This document shows positions 1-9,485 of a DNA stretch of 40,141 nt, in pieces. Within the stretch, counting starts at the first letter, position 1. The number at the start of each line of letters is the position of its first letter. The notes beneath the pieces are model-generated. The model was not told the origin of the DNA and made no database searches. It saw only the letters and a program-made list of their open reading frames with translations. The DNA comes from Oscillospiraceae bacterium (GTDB lineage Bacteria > Bacillota > Clostridia > Oscillospirales > Oscillospiraceae): positions 1 to 40,141 of the forward strand of contig JAFZAM010000117.1 of the NCBI GenBank assembly GCA_017557265.1, given 5' to 3'. The translations under genes and the position numbers were made by a program.

Positions 1-969
1 ATAGTAAACGCCGCGAACTCCTCCCTGCTCGGCGGGGGCGGGGTCGACGGGGCGATACACGCCGCCGCAGGCCCCGGGCTTCTCGAAGAGTGCCGGACGC
101 TCGGCGGCTGCGAGACCGGCGGCGCGAAGATCACCAAGGCCTACGACCTGCCCTGCAAGTTCGTCATTCACGCGGTCGGCCCGGTATGGGGCGGCGGCGG
201 TCACGGCGAGGAGGAGCTCCTGCGCAGCTGCTACCGCAAGTCGCTCGAGCTCGCCGAACAAAACGGCTGCGAGAGCGTCGCCTTCCCGCTCATCTCCGCC
301 GGCGTCTTCGGCTACCCGAAGAACGAAGCATTCGCGGTCGCGGTCGACGAGATAGGGCGCTATCTTACGGCGAGCGACATGAACGTCATCCTCACGGTCT
401 ACTTCCGCTCGAACGACAGCGTGCGCGGCAGGCTCTACGAAGCGCTCAGAGCCAAGCTCTACTCCGAGCCTGCGGCTTACGGAGCGGCCGCAAGGACGTC
501 AGCTCCGTCGGCGAAGCCCGCGCGGCGCATGAGCGTCCGCTTCAAGAAAGAGAGCAGGCCGGATGCGTCTTTCGCCTTCATGGCCGAAGCCCGCGACGAG
601 GCTTCGCTCGAGCAGCGGCTCAAGACCATTGACGAGAGCTTCTCGCAGATGCTGCTGCGCAAGATAGACGAGCTCGGGATAACGGACGCGGAGTGCTACC
701 GGCGCGCGAACATCGACAGGAGACTCTTCTCGAAAATACGCTCCGACGTCAATTACAAGCCGAGCAAGGCGACAGCGCTCGCCTTCGCGATAGCGCTGAA
801 GCTCCCGCTCGAGGAGGCGCGCGAGCTCCTGATGAAGGCGGGCTTCGCCCTCTCGCCGAGCAGCAGGTTCGATATCATCGTCGAATTCTATATCGAAAAC
901 GGCGTTTACGACGTCTTCGAGATAAACCGTGCGCTTTTCGACTTCGATCAGCCGCTGCTCGGAGCGTAA
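1..969 (+). CDS. Macro-domain protein (ADP-ribose / O-acetyl-ADP-ribose hydrolase family) fused to a C-terminal HTH-like module; 5' end lies outside the window
   Basis: Frame 1 is open from base 1 to TAA 967-969. The N-terminal part reads [25 protein letters not shown]...[11 protein letters not shown]...[14 protein letters not shown], which are classic macro-domain motifs. The C-terminal ~110 aa ([38 protein letters not shown]...[10 protein letters not shown]) resembles an XRE-type helix-turn-helix module. Confidence 0.8.
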   Translation: MVNAANSSLLGGGGVDGAIHAAAGPGLLEECRTLGGCETGGAKITKAYDLPCKFVIHAVGPVWGGGGHGEEELLRSCYRKSLELAEQNGCESVAFPLISAGVFGYPKNEAFAVAVDEIGRYLTASDMNVILTVYFRSNDSVRGRLYEALRAKLYSEPAAYGAAARTSAPSAKPARRMSVRFKKESRPDASFAFMAEARDEASLEQRLKTIDESFSQMLLRKIDELGITDAECYRRANIDRRLFSKIRSDVNYKPSKATALAFAIALKLPLEEARELLMKAGFALSPSSRFDIIVEFYIENGVYDVFEINRALFDFDQPLLGA

Positions 970-975
970 AAAAAG

Positions 976-1010
976 AAAAGGACGGACGCGTGAAAGCGTC
1001 CGTCCTTTGC
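976..1010. terminator. Bidirectional rho-independent terminator between the macro gene and spoIVB
   Basis: Stem ggacggacgc (980-989), loop gtgaaa, stem gcgtccgtcc (996-1005). An A-run lies upstream and tttgcttt downstream. It sits between two convergent stop codons. Confidence 0.7.
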
Positions 1011-1011
1011 T

Positions 1012-2010
1012 TTACGCAGCGGCCTCGAGCATGCGCTCTATGCTCACGGCGTATCCCTTAGTCGGCTCGTTTACGAGCACGTGCGTGACCGCGCCGACGA
1101 GTTTGCCGTTTTGTATGACCGGGCAGCCGCTCATGCCGCGGACTATGCCGCCCGTAAGGGCGATGAGGCGCTCGTCCGTGACCTCGACGAGCATGTCGCG
1201 CCCCGCTCCGCGGCCGAATATCCTGGTTATCTTTATCTCGTACCTCTCCGGCTCCGAGCCTGCGACCGTCGCGATGAGCTCAGCCCTGCCCTCTTTTATC
1301 TCGCCGGGCTCCGCGGTCGGGAGCGTTTCGCCGCCGAAGGCGTCTCCGTCCGCCGTGCCGAACACTCCGAACTCGGTGTTGCGCTCGACAGAGCCGATCC
1401 CTTCCGTCGAGAACGAGCCGGCGAGCTCTCCCGGCTTGCCTCCCTCGCCATGCCTGACCGCGGTTATCCGCACGGACGCGACGGTACCGCCGCGCAGGGG
1501 CAGGATATATCCCGTCTCGGGGTCGCTCACGCTGTGCCCGAGCGCGCCGTAGGTCCCGGTCCCGGGATCGTAGTAGGTCACTGTCCCGACGCCGGCTATC
1601 CTGTCTTTTATCAGCACGCCGAGCTCGAGACTGCCCGAAACGCCGACTGCGGGCCGAAGCTTAAGCTCGTGCACAGCACCGCGCCGCGCGACAGTCACGG
1701 TCATCTCATCTCCGGCGCAGTCGTCGAGGACGCTCGTCAGGTCCTCCGCCGAGCTTACGCGCCGTCCGTCTATCTCCGTGATGACGTCGCCGACTTTCAT
1801 GCCGCTCTCCTCGGCGGGTCTCCTCTCGCCGTCCGCAGTCTCGACCGCGCGAAAGCCGCATACGAGCGCGCCGTCTATCTCCAGCGTTATCCCGACGGCT
1901 CTCCCGACCGGGACGAGGCTCCCGCCAGCCGCCGCTGCGTTCAGCGGCAAAGCGAACAGTATCGCGGCGCAAAGAAGCGCCGCCGCCTTTTTCCTTATGC
2001 CCGCTCCCAT
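1012..2010 (-). CDS. spoIVB: SpoIVB stage IV sporulation signalling serine peptidase (S55) with PDZ domain
   Basis: 332 aa with an N-terminal signal/anchor (KKAAALLCAAILFALPL). It has a PDZ-like segment (GMKVGDVITEIDGRRVSS) and an S55 core (GVGTVTYYDP...GALGH...GMSGCPVIQNGKLVGAVTHVLVNEPTKGYAV). GGAGG lies 7 nt upstream of the ATG. Confidence 0.85.
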   Translation of the reverse strand: MGAGIRKKAAALLCAAILFALPLNAAAAGGSLVPVGRAVGITLEIDGALVCGFRAVETADGERRPAEESGMKVGDVITEIDGRRVSSAEDLTSVLDDCAGDEMTVTVARRGAVHELKLRPAVGVSGSLELGVLIKDRIAGVGTVTYYDPGTGTYGALGHSVSDPETGYILPLRGGTVASVRITAVRHGEGGKPGELAGSFSTEGIGSVERNTEFGVFGTADGDAFGGETLPTAEPGEIKEGRAELIATVAGSEPERYEIKITRIFGRGAGRDMLVEVTDERLIALTGGIVRGMSGCPVIQNGKLVGAVTHVLVNEPTKGYAVSIERMLEAAA

Positions 2011-2263
2011 TTTCCCGCCTCCGCGCCGAAGGCGTCAAATATGCCCATTTTTCTCCGCTCCTTCCTGCCGTCCGCCGCTCGCCGGACGGCTCGCTTATAT
2101 TGCTCCGCGGCGGGGAAATAAAACGCGGCTCCGCGTAACAAAATGAAGCAGAATAACCACCGACCGCAGGCGAGTCTCAGCCGTTTCGGCGCGTGAGCGC
2201 GAAGCGGCAGGGCGGGCTTGGTCTTATTGGCTCTCAAAAGCATAAGATGATAAAAAACGGGAG

Positions 2264-3556
2264 GTGTTTTCGCTGCTTATAAAGCAAGGAGACCGCGGAC
2301 CGCGCGTACAGCTGCTGCAGCTCGGACTTACGCGCGCGGGTTTCCCGCCGAGGGGCGGGACGGACGGCATTTTCGGACCGGGCACGCGCGACGCGCTTTT
2401 GCGATTTCAGAGGGTAAATTCACTGCGCGCGGACGCCGTCGCCGGTCCTGAGACCATGGCGGCGCTCGGGCCTTGGCTCGCCGGATATACGACAATCACG
2501 GTCAGGCCGGGCGATACGATGTATAAGCTGGCGCGGAGGTTTTCCGCCGACCTCGCGGCCGTCATGGCGGCAAATCCGGGCGCGGACCCGCTCAATTTAC
2601 GCATAGGCTCGAAGCTGGTCGTGCCGCTGCCCTTCGACGTCGTGCCGGAGGATATCGCGCTGACCTCTGAGCTTCTCGCGCTGTGCATAGAAGGCCTCGC
2701 GGCGAGGTATCCTTTCATGGAGACTTCCTCCGCGGGGCGGAGCGTCAAGGGGCGCGGGCTTTACGTCGTTTCGATCGGCAAAGGTCAAAAAAGCCTTTTT
2801 CTCAACGCGGCGCATCACGCGAACGAGTGGATCACGGGTCTGTTCGCGCTGCGTTTTGTTGAAAACTATCTCAAAGCGGTCGCATCGGGCGGAGATATCG
2901 AGGGATACGACGCCGCCTCGCTTTATTCTGCCGTCCGCTTCGTCTGTCTACCCCTGGTAAATCCCGACGGAGCCGACCTCGTTACGGGATTTATCGCGCC
3001 GGGGAGCGCTCGATACGAGGACGCGCTCGCAATGAACTTTCCGCCGGTCGCGTTTCCCTCCGGGTGGAAGGCGAACATCGAGGGGACGGACCTCAATCTG
3101 CAGTATCCCGCCGGATGGGAGAAGGCGCGGGAGATAAAATTCGCGCAGGGCTACACGAGGCCGGGCCCACGAGATTACGTCGGTCCCGCGCCGCTGACCG
3201 CGCCGGAGAGTCGCGCGGTCTATGAACTCACGAAGGCAAACGATTTTCAGATGACGCTCTCGTATCACACGGCGGGCGAGGTCGTCTACTGGAAATACGA
3301 CGGCTTCGAGCCTCCGCTCTCGCGCGAGACAGGCGAAAAGCTCTCGGCGGCGAGCGGATACCCGCTCGAGACTACGCCGTACGAGTCCGGCTACGCCGGC
3401 TACAAGGACTGGTTCATTCAGGCATACGACAGGCCGGGATATACAGTTGAAGCCGGCAGCGGAACGAGCCCGCTCCCGCTGACTCAGTTTCGAAGAATTT
3501 ACGCCGCGAACGCGCCGCTCGTTGCAGCGGCTCTCGATATTGTCTCAAGGGCATAA
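2264..3556 (+). CDS. Peptidoglycan-binding / LysM / M14 zinc carboxypeptidase-family protein (gamma-D-glutamyl-meso-diaminopimelate peptidase I-like)
   Basis: 430 aa. N-terminal PG_binding_1-like repeat (GDRGPRVQLLQLGLTRAGF...DGIFGPGTRDALLRFQ), then a LysM-like segment (YTTITVRPGDTMYKLARRF...NLRIGSKLVVP). The M14 core has the HxxE zinc motif (HHANEW). The only start in frame is GTG 2264, which overlaps its own GGGAGG, so the start is uncertain. No signal peptide is visible. Confidence 0.75.
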   Translation: MFSLLIKQGDRGPRVQLLQLGLTRAGFPPRGGTDGIFGPGTRDALLRFQRVNSLRADAVAGPETMAALGPWLAGYTTITVRPGDTMYKLARRFSADLAAVMAANPGADPLNLRIGSKLVVPLPFDVVPEDIALTSELLALCIEGLAARYPFMETSSAGRSVKGRGLYVVSIGKGQKSLFLNAAHHANEWITGLFALRFVENYLKAVASGGDIEGYDAASLYSAVRFVCLPLVNPDGADLVTGFIAPGSARYEDALAMNFPPVAFPSGWKANIEGTDLNLQYPAGWEKAREIKFAQGYTRPGPRDYVGPAPLTAPESRAVYELTKANDFQMTLSYHTAGEVVYWKYDGFEPPLSRETGEKLSAASGYPLETTPYESGYAGYKDWFIQAYDRPGYTVEAGSGTSPLPLTQFRRIYAANAPLVAAALDIVSRA

Positions 3557-3561
3557 AAAAA

Positions 3562-3590
3562 GACGGCGCGGGAGATGATCCCGCGCCGTC
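3562..3590. terminator. Hairpin terminator between the M14 peptidase gene and ptsH, best oriented for ptsH
   Basis: Stem gacggcgcggga, loop gatga, stem tcccgcgccgtc. The aaaaaaa run at 3555-3561 becomes a U-run on the minus strand. On the plus strand the T-run is displaced by about 10 nt. Confidence 0.7.
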
Positions 3591-3603
3591 AGGCTGATTC
3601 TTT

Positions 3604-3867
3604 TTATTCGGGGAACTGCGAGCCGATGAGCTCCACGAGCGTATCGACGGCCTGCTGCTCGTCGGGACCGTCGCCGATGAGGGTTATCTCGGTGTCCTTC
3701 GTTATGCCGAGAGAAAGCAGTCCGAGCAGGCTCTTGGCGTTGACGCGCCGCTCTTCCTTCTCGACCCAGATGCTGCTCTTGAACTCGTTGGCTTTCTGTA
3801 TGAAGAACGTGGCGGGTCTGGCGTGGAGCCCGACTTCATTTTCCACAGTTGCTTTTCTGATATACAT
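3604..3867 (-). CDS. ptsH: Phosphocarrier protein HPr
   Basis: 87 aa. The His15 motif (VGLHARPA) and the Ser46 regulatory motif (NAKSLLGLLSLG) are both present. Confidence 0.9.
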   Translation of the reverse strand: MYIRKATVENEVGLHARPATFFIQKANEFKSSIWVEKEERRVNAKSLLGLLSLGITKDTEITLIGDGPDEQQAVDTLVELIGSQFPE

Positions 3868-3921
3868 GGCACATCATCCTTTCAGTCAGATAACGAAAAG
3901 CCGAACTTTTTGACTGGTATC

Positions 3922-3950
3922 ATACTAACAAATAAAAACGCAATCGTCAA
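3922..3950 (-). promoter_or_regulatory. Sigma-A type promoter candidate for ptsH, immediately after the mutS2 stop
   Basis: The minus strand reads TTGACG (3950-3945), a 17-nt spacer, then TAGTAT (3927-3922) preceded by TGt (extended -10). It lies about 55 nt upstream of the ptsH ATG. Confidence 0.5.
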
Positions 3951-3959
3951 TATCTGTTT

Positions 3960-6329
3960 TTAATGCTTCAATTCGACGACGGTGACGCCCGTCTCGCCCT
4001 CGCCGTACTTGCCGAGGCGGAAGCTCCTGACGCTCGGATTTTTGCGCAGCATGGTCTGAACGGCGGCGCGCAGAGCGCCGGTCCCCTTGCCGTGGATAAT
4101 GGTCACGGTGTTGAGCTTCGCCATGACGGCGCTGTCTATATAGCGCTCGGCCATGAGGACGGCCTCGTCCGCCTGCAGTCCGCGCAGATCGATATCCGGC
4201 GGGCAGGACATGGAAGAGAGCTTCGCCGTGGAGCGCTCGATATACTTCTTCGTCTCGCTCGCGACGCCCTCGAGCAGCTTCACCTCTTCGGGCTTGGCGG
4301 TTATCTTCATGATGCCCGCCTGAAGGGTAAGCGTCCCGTCCGGGGATACGGAGATGACCTCAGCCCTCGTCCCGAGCCTGCGTATCTCGACCGTGTCGCC
4401 GGCCTCTATATCGCGCGGCGGCGCGGCGGGTTCCTCCTCGGGCTGCTCCTCGCCGAAGGAGTCGGACGCGTCGTTGAGCTTTCCGGCGAGCTTGGCGCGC
4501 GCCTCGTTCATGCGCCGGACGTTCTCGTTGGTCATGGAGAGCTTTCGAAGCTCCTTGAGCTCGTCGAACGTCTCGTCGGCGGCGCGTCTGGCGCCGTCTA
4601 TGATGCGCTCGGCCTCGCGCCTTGCTATGAGCGCGGCCTTCTCCTTCTCCGCCTCGACGGACTTGCGCAGCTCCGCCGCGCGCTCGGAATCGCGCCTCGC
4701 CTGCTCGAGCAGGACGCGGGTCTCCTCGCTGCGCTTTTCCATCGTCTGGCGCTCCTTCTGGAGCACCTCGAGGACCTTTTCGAGCTCGGCGTCGCCGGTC
4801 TCGATGCGCTTCGAGGCGTCCTCTATTATCGACTCGTCGAGCCCGAGGCGGCGGGAGATCTCGAAGGCGTTGGACTTGCCCGGGATGCCCATTATGAGCC
4901 TGTAGGTCGGTCTGAGCGTCTCGACGTCGAACTCGCAGGAGGCGTTCATGACGCCGGGCTCCGTCGTCGCGTAAATTTTCAGCTCCGCGTAGTGCGTCGT
5001 GACGGCGAGCTTCGCGCCGAGGCGTCTCGCGTGCTCGATGACGGAGATGGCGAGCGCCGCGCCCTCGGCGGGGTCCGTGCCCGCTCCGAGCTCGTCGAAC
5101 AGCAGGAGCGAATCCTCGCCCGCCTCCTTGAGGATGGAGACGATGTTAGTCATGTGCGAGGAGAACGTCGAGAGCGACTGCTCTATGCTCTGCTCGTCGC
5201 CGATATCGGCGAGTATCTTTCCGTAGACCGGCACGCAGCTGCCGTAGTCGGCGGTCACGTGCAGGCCGCACTGCGCCATCGCGCAGAGCAGGCCCAGGGT
5301 CTTTATGCTGACGGTCTTGCCGCCGGTATTCGGCCCCGTTATGACGAGAGTGTCGAAATCGCCGCCGACGGCGATATCGATAGGCACGGCCGAGCCCTTC
5401 GGCAGGAGCGGATGGCGCGCCCTGCGAAGGACCGTCTTCCAACCCTCGGAGAGCTCCGGCTCGGAGCAGTTTAACAGCGACGAGAGCTTCGCCTTGGCGA
5501 AGATGAGGTCGAGGCGCGCGATGATGTCGTAATCCGTGCGTATGTCGTCCTCGAAGTTCGCGGACTCGTCGGAGAGCTCCATGAGGATGCGCTCTATCTC
5601 GCGCTTTTCCTTGACCTCGAGCTCCCTTATCTCGTTGTTGGCCTCGACGACGCTCATAGGCTCGATAAAGAGCGTTGCTCCGCTGGAGGAGACGTCGTGG
5701 ACGAGCCCGGCGACGGAGCCTCTGTGCTCGGCCTTGACGGGGATGACGTATCTGTCTCCGCGCTGCGTGATTATGGGCTCCTGCAGAGCCTTCTGGTAGG
5801 AGGCGGAGGTTATCATGCGCTGGAGAATCTCGCGGACGCGGGCGTTCGCGGCGCGTATCTTGCGGCGTATCATGGCGAGCTCGGAGCTGGCCGAATCAGC
5901 CATTTCCTCCTCGCTCACGATGCTGTCGGTTATCCTTTCTTCGAGGTATTTGTTCGGGTGCAGCGAGCGGAAAAGCCCCGTCAGCGAGCCCGCGTCGGAG
6001 GCGTCGGCGTAGGCCGCGACGCTTCTCGCGCAGCGCAGCACGACCGCGATGTCGAGAAGCTCGCGCATATTGAGCATGCCGCCCATCCTCGCGCGGCCGA
6101 GCGACTCGCCCACGTCGCGCACGTCGGAGATGGCGGGCGTCCCCTTGACGACGAGGAGCTTTTTCGCGTCGGTCGTCTCGCTCAGTCTGTCGGCGACCTC
6201 AAAGCGGTTTGTCGAAGGCTTCAGCGAGCGGGCTCTGCTCTTCGCCTCGGCGCAGACGGCCTCGGATGCGAGCATTTCGAGCACGGCGGGAAGCTCGAGC
6301 ACGTTGAGTGATTTTTCAAAAAGGTCCAT
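3960..6329 (-). CDS. mutS2: Endonuclease MutS2 (MutS domain V ATPase plus C-terminal Smr domain)
   Basis: 789 aa with Walker A GPNTGGKT, a long coiled-coil linker and a C-terminal Smr-like segment (DLRGLQADEAV...IIHGKGTGALR). Confidence 0.9.
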   Translation of the reverse strand: MDLFEKSLNVLELPAVLEMLASEAVCAEAKSRARSLKPSTNRFEVADRLSETTDAKKLLVVKGTPAISDVRDVGESLGRARMGGMLNMRELLDIAVVLRCARSVAAYADASDAGSLTGLFRSLHPNKYLEERITDSIVSEEEMADSASSELAMIRRKIRAANARVREILQRMITSASYQKALQEPIITQRGDRYVIPVKAEHRGSVAGLVHDVSSSGATLFIEPMSVVEANNEIRELEVKEKREIERILMELSDESANFEDDIRTDYDIIARLDLIFAKAKLSSLLNCSEPELSEGWKTVLRRARHPLLPKGSAVPIDIAVGGDFDTLVITGPNTGGKTVSIKTLGLLCAMAQCGLHVTADYGSCVPVYGKILADIGDEQSIEQSLSTFSSHMTNIVSILKEAGEDSLLLFDELGAGTDPAEGAALAISVIEHARRLGAKLAVTTHYAELKIYATTEPGVMNASCEFDVETLRPTYRLIMGIPGKSNAFEISRRLGLDESIIEDASKRIETGDAELEKVLEVLQKERQTMEKRSEETRVLLEQARRDSERAAELRKSVEAEKEKAALIARREAERIIDGARRAADETFDELKELRKLSMTNENVRRMNEARAKLAGKLNDASDSFGEEQPEEEPAAPPRDIEAGDTVEIRRLGTRAEVISVSPDGTLTLQAGIMKITAKPEEVKLLEGVASETKKYIERSTAKLSSMSCPPDIDLRGLQADEAVLMAERYIDSAVMAKLNTVTIIHGKGTGALRAAVQTMLRKNPSVRSFRLGKYGEGETGVTVVELKH

Positions 6330-6330
6330 A

Positions 6331-7089
6331 TCAAGACTCCGGAACGATTCTTACGTCGTAGTAGTATTCGAGCGAGCGGAAGCGCCGCTCGAGGCATTCG
6401 GAAACGTATTCCTCCGCTGCGCGCATGAGGCGCTCCATAGCGGGAGCGGGAAGCGCGAAGGAAAATGCGGAAGCGCCCTGCGCCGAGACGATGTGCCGCA
6501 TCGCCTTGAGCGAATCGGCGCAGAGCTCGGCCTTTTTCCCGGGGAGCGCGGAGCGGCAGGAGGCGCAGCAGACGGCGCCGCCCTCGAGGTCGAGAAGCGG
6601 GCGCTCCGGCTCGGCTTCGCCGCAGACGGAGCAGCCCTCGAGCATGGGCTCGTAGCCGGCCAGGCACATGAGCCTGAGCTCGAAGACGGGCTTTATTATC
6701 TCGGGCGGGAACCTGCCCTTGCTCAGCAGATACAGGCAGTTCAGCCCGAGGCGAAGTATCTCGGGATCGGGCATGTCCTCGTTGGAGACGGTCTCGAGGA
6801 TCTCGGCAAAGTACGTCCCGAGCGCGAGCGAGCAGATATCTATACGGAGCTCCTCGAAGAGCTCTATCGTCGCCGCGTCGTTTAGATACCAGCGGCCGCG
6901 GCTCCCGGAGAGGGTCATCTCGGAATAGGCGAGCAGCTGCGATGCAGCGGCGGTCTTGCTGCCCCTGCGCTTGGCTCCGTTTGCCGAGACCGTCATCTTC
7001 CCGTCGGTATCCGTGAGCACGGTCAGTATCCTGCTGCTCTCCTTATAGGGCACCTCGCGCAGGACGAGGCCCTTGACGGTCTTTACCAT
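6331..7089 (-). CDS. recO: DNA repair protein RecO
   Basis: 252 aa. N-terminal OB-fold signature (VKGLVLREVPYKESSRILTVLT) and a Cys-rich zinc motif (CSVCG...CCASC). It is 1 nt from the mutS2 start and 1 nt from the era stop. Confidence 0.85.
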   Translation of the reverse strand: MVKTVKGLVLREVPYKESSRILTVLTDTDGKMTVSANGAKRRGSKTAAASQLLAYSEMTLSGSRGRWYLNDAATIELFEELRIDICSLALGTYFAEILETVSNEDMPDPEILRLGLNCLYLLSKGRFPPEIIKPVFELRLMCLAGYEPMLEGCSVCGEAEPERPLLDLEGGAVCCASCRSALPGKKAELCADSLKAMRHIVSAQGASAFSFALPAPAMERLMRAAEEYVSECLERRFRSLEYYYDVRIVPES

Positions 7090-7090
7090 G

Positions 7091-7987
7091 TCAGTCTTCT
7101 TTTTTGAAGCCGAGGTCGTTTAAGAAGGCCGGTCTGTCGCGCCAGTTCTCCTTGACCTTGACCCAGGTCTGCAGATAGACCTTGTAGCCCATGTAATTTT
7201 CGATGTCCCGGCGCGAGAGCTCGCCTATCTTCTTGAGCATAGAGCCGTTCTTGCCGATTATGATGCTCTTGTGGCTCGACTTCTCGCAGTAGATGTTGAC
7301 CTCGACGTCGATGACGTCGTTGTCGCGCTGGGAAAAGCGCGTCACCTCGACGGCCGTGCCGTGCGGTATCTCGTGGTCGAGGCAGCGGAGCATCTTTTCG
7401 CGGATGAGCTCGGCGATTATCTGCGAATCGGACTGATCGGTCACCATGTCCTCGGGAAAGAGCGCGTGGCCCTCGGCGGCGTAGCCGGAGAGGACGGATA
7501 CGAGCTCGTCCACGCCCTCGCCGCTCTGCGCGGATATGGGGACGATATGCTCGAAATCGTACGCCCCGGAATAGGCGGCGATGACGGCGAGAAGGTCCTC
7601 CTTCTTGACGGTATCTATCTTGTTTATCGCGAGGACGACGGGGACCTTCGCAGCCTCGAAGCTCTTTATGAGCTCCGCCTCCTGCGGCCCGACGGAGGGG
7701 ACGGGCTCGACCATCATGAGTATCGCGTCGGAGCCGGATATCGACCCGCGCACGACGTTCACCATATACTCCCCGAGCTTGTTGCGCGGCTTGTGAAAGC
7801 CCGGCGTGTCGACGAAAACGAGCTGCGTGTCGCCCCTGTTCATGACGGCGTATATCCTGCCGCGCGTCGTCTGCGGCTTATTGGTGACAATGGCTATCTT
7901 CTCGCCGACGAGGGTGTTCGCGAGCGTGGACTTTCCCACGTTCGGCCTGCCGGCGATCGTTATGAGAGCGCATTTAGTTATCTCCAT
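7091..7987 (-). CDS. era: GTPase Era
   Basis: G1 motif GRPNVGKST, DTPG, NKID and a C-terminal KH domain. I place the start at ATG 7987 (MEITKCALITIAGRPN...) with AAGGAG 7 nt upstream. The 27 extra upstream codons of the track ORF would run through ybeY. Confidence 0.88.
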   Translation of the reverse strand: MEITKCALITIAGRPNVGKSTLANTLVGEKIAIVTNKPQTTRGRIYAVMNRGDTQLVFVDTPGFHKPRNKLGEYMVNVVRGSISGSDAILMMVEPVPSVGPQEAELIKSFEAAKVPVVLAINKIDTVKKEDLLAVIAAYSGAYDFEHIVPISAQSGEGVDELVSVLSGYAAEGHALFPEDMVTDQSDSQIIAELIREKMLRCLDHEIPHGTAVEVTRFSQRDNDVIDVEVNIYCEKSSHKSIIIGKNGSMLKKIGELSRRDIENYMGYKVYLQTWVKVKENWRDRPAFLNDLGFKKED

Positions 7988-8489
7988 CGTTCTTCTCCTT
8001 GGCATATCCCATGCCGAGCAGCTCCATGACGGCCTCTTCCCTGCTGCGCATGAGTTTTTTGTCCTCACCCTCGTCGACGTGGTCGTAGCCGAGCAGGTGG
8101 AGCGAGCTGTGCACGGCGAGATAGCTTATCTCGCGGGTGAATCCGTTGCCGTACTCCTCGCCCTGCGCCTGACAGCGCGGCAGGGATATGACCATGTCGC
8201 CGAGCATGACAGCGCCCGTCTCCGGGTCTATATCGCACTCTCCCGCGTCGAACGCGCCGGGGGTCAGCTCATTGAGCGGAAACGAGAGCACGTCCGTCGG
8301 GCGGTCTATACCGCGCTGGGCGGAGTTTATCTCGCGTATGCCCTCGTCGTCGGTGAAGACTACGTCGACCTCGAAGGGCACGTTCACTCCCTCGGCGCGC
8401 ATTGCGGCGCGGACGGCCTTCCTGACGGCGCGCTCCGCTCCGAAATGGCCGAGACCCTTTTTGTCTCTGGTTATCCTGACGTCCTTCAA
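7974..8489 (-). CDS. ybeY: rRNA maturation endoribonuclease YbeY
   Basis: 171 aa with the zinc motif HSSLHLLGYDH. It overlaps the era start by 14 nt. Confidence 0.9.
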   Translation of the reverse strand: MKDVRITRDKKGLGHFGAERAVRKAVRAAMRAEGVNVPFEVDVVFTDDEGIREINSAQRGIDRPTDVLSFPLNELTPGAFDAGECDIDPETGAVMLGDMVISLPRCQAQGEEYGNGFTREISYLAVHSSLHLLGYDHVDEGEDKKLMRSREEAVMELLGMGYAKEKNDGDN

Positions 8490-8492
8490 GGC

Positions 8493-9485
8493 TTATCTCC
8501 TGCTTTTCGTCTGCTTCGGAGGCTGCTGCTCGCGCGGCTTTTCGAAGCGGTCGTAGGCCTCGATTATCTTCTGGACGAGCTCGTGGCGTACGACGTCGGC
8601 GCCGGTCAGCTTGTGGATGGCGATGTCCGGCACTCCCGCGAGGACGCGGACGGCCTCCTTCAGGCCGCTGACCTTATCCGCGGGGAGATCTATCTGCGTG
8701 ACGTCGCCGGTGATGACTATCTTCGAGCCGAAGCCGAGGCGCGTAAGGAACATCTTCATCTGCTCGCGCGAGGTGTTCTGCGCCTCGTCGAGGATGATGA
8801 AGCTGTCGTCGAGCGTGCGCCCGCGCATGTACGCCAGCGGCGCGACCTCGATGTTGCCGCGCTCAAGGTACTTGTTGTAGGTCTCGGCGCCGAGCATGTC
8901 GAACAGCGCGTCGTAGAGCGGACGCAGGTAGGGGTCGACCTTGCTCTGCAGGTCGCCGGGCAGAAAACCCAGCCGCTCGCCAGCCTCGACGGCGGGGCGG
9001 GTCAGAATGATGCGGTTTACCTTCTTGGCCCTGAACGCCGTCACGGCGCAGGCGACCGCGAGATAGGTCTTGCCGGTGCCCGCGGGTCCGACGGCTATCG
9101 TGACCGTATTTTTGTTAATGGCGTCGACGTATTCCTTCTGGCCTATGGTCTTGGCCTTGATGGGCTTGCCCTTGGCCGTTATGCACACGACGTCCTCGGC
9201 GAGCTCGCCTATCTTGTCGGCGAGGCCCTCCTTTACGAGGCGGAGGATATAGCGCACCTTCTGCGAGTCGATGTTCTCCCCGCGCGAGGCGAGCGTCATC
9301 AGGCCGTCTATGGCCTCCTCGGCCAGCATCACGGACTCCGGCTCGCCGGAGATGTGCAGCACCGAGTCGCGGTCGGTCACGCTGACCTCCAGATCGCTCT
9401 CGATGATGCGCAGGTTCTCGTCGAACGAGCCGAATACGTTGACTATGTTCTCCATCCTGTCGGCGCTGACGGTTCTCTCTATCAT
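8493..9485 (-). CDS. phoH: PhoH-family ATPase
   Basis: Walker A GPAGTGKT and the ILDEAQN Walker B region. The start is set at ATG 9485 (MIERTVSA...), which forms an ATGA overlap with the yqfD stop. Confidence 0.85.
   Translation of the reverse strand: MIERTVSADRMENIVNVFGSFDENLRIIESDLEVSVTDRDSVLHISGEPESVMLAEEAIDGLMTLASRGENIDSQKVRYILRLVKEGLADKIGELAEDVVCITAKGKPIKAKTIGQKEYVDAINKNTVTIAVGPAGTGKTYLAVACAVTAFRAKKVNRIILTRPAVEAGERLGFLPGDLQSKVDPYLRPLYDALFDMLGAETYNKYLERGNIEVAPLAYMRGRTLDDSFIILDEAQNTSREQMKMFLTRLGFGSKIVITGDVTQIDLPADKVSGLKEAVRVLAGVPDIAIHKLTGADVVRHELVQKIIEAYDRFEKPREQQPPKQTKSRR

Noticed and set aside
90-632. 180-aa Arg-rich ORF in frame 3 inside the macro-domain gene
   Set aside because: It is an alternative frame of a gene whose frame-1 product has clear macro-domain motifs. 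Its composition is typical of an out-of-frame GC-rich translation.
2222-2248. Sigma-E-like promoter (TCTTATT ... CATAAGAT) upstream of the M14 peptidase gene
   Set aside because: The spacer is only 12 nt instead of about 14 and the -10 has two mismatches, which is too weak to call.
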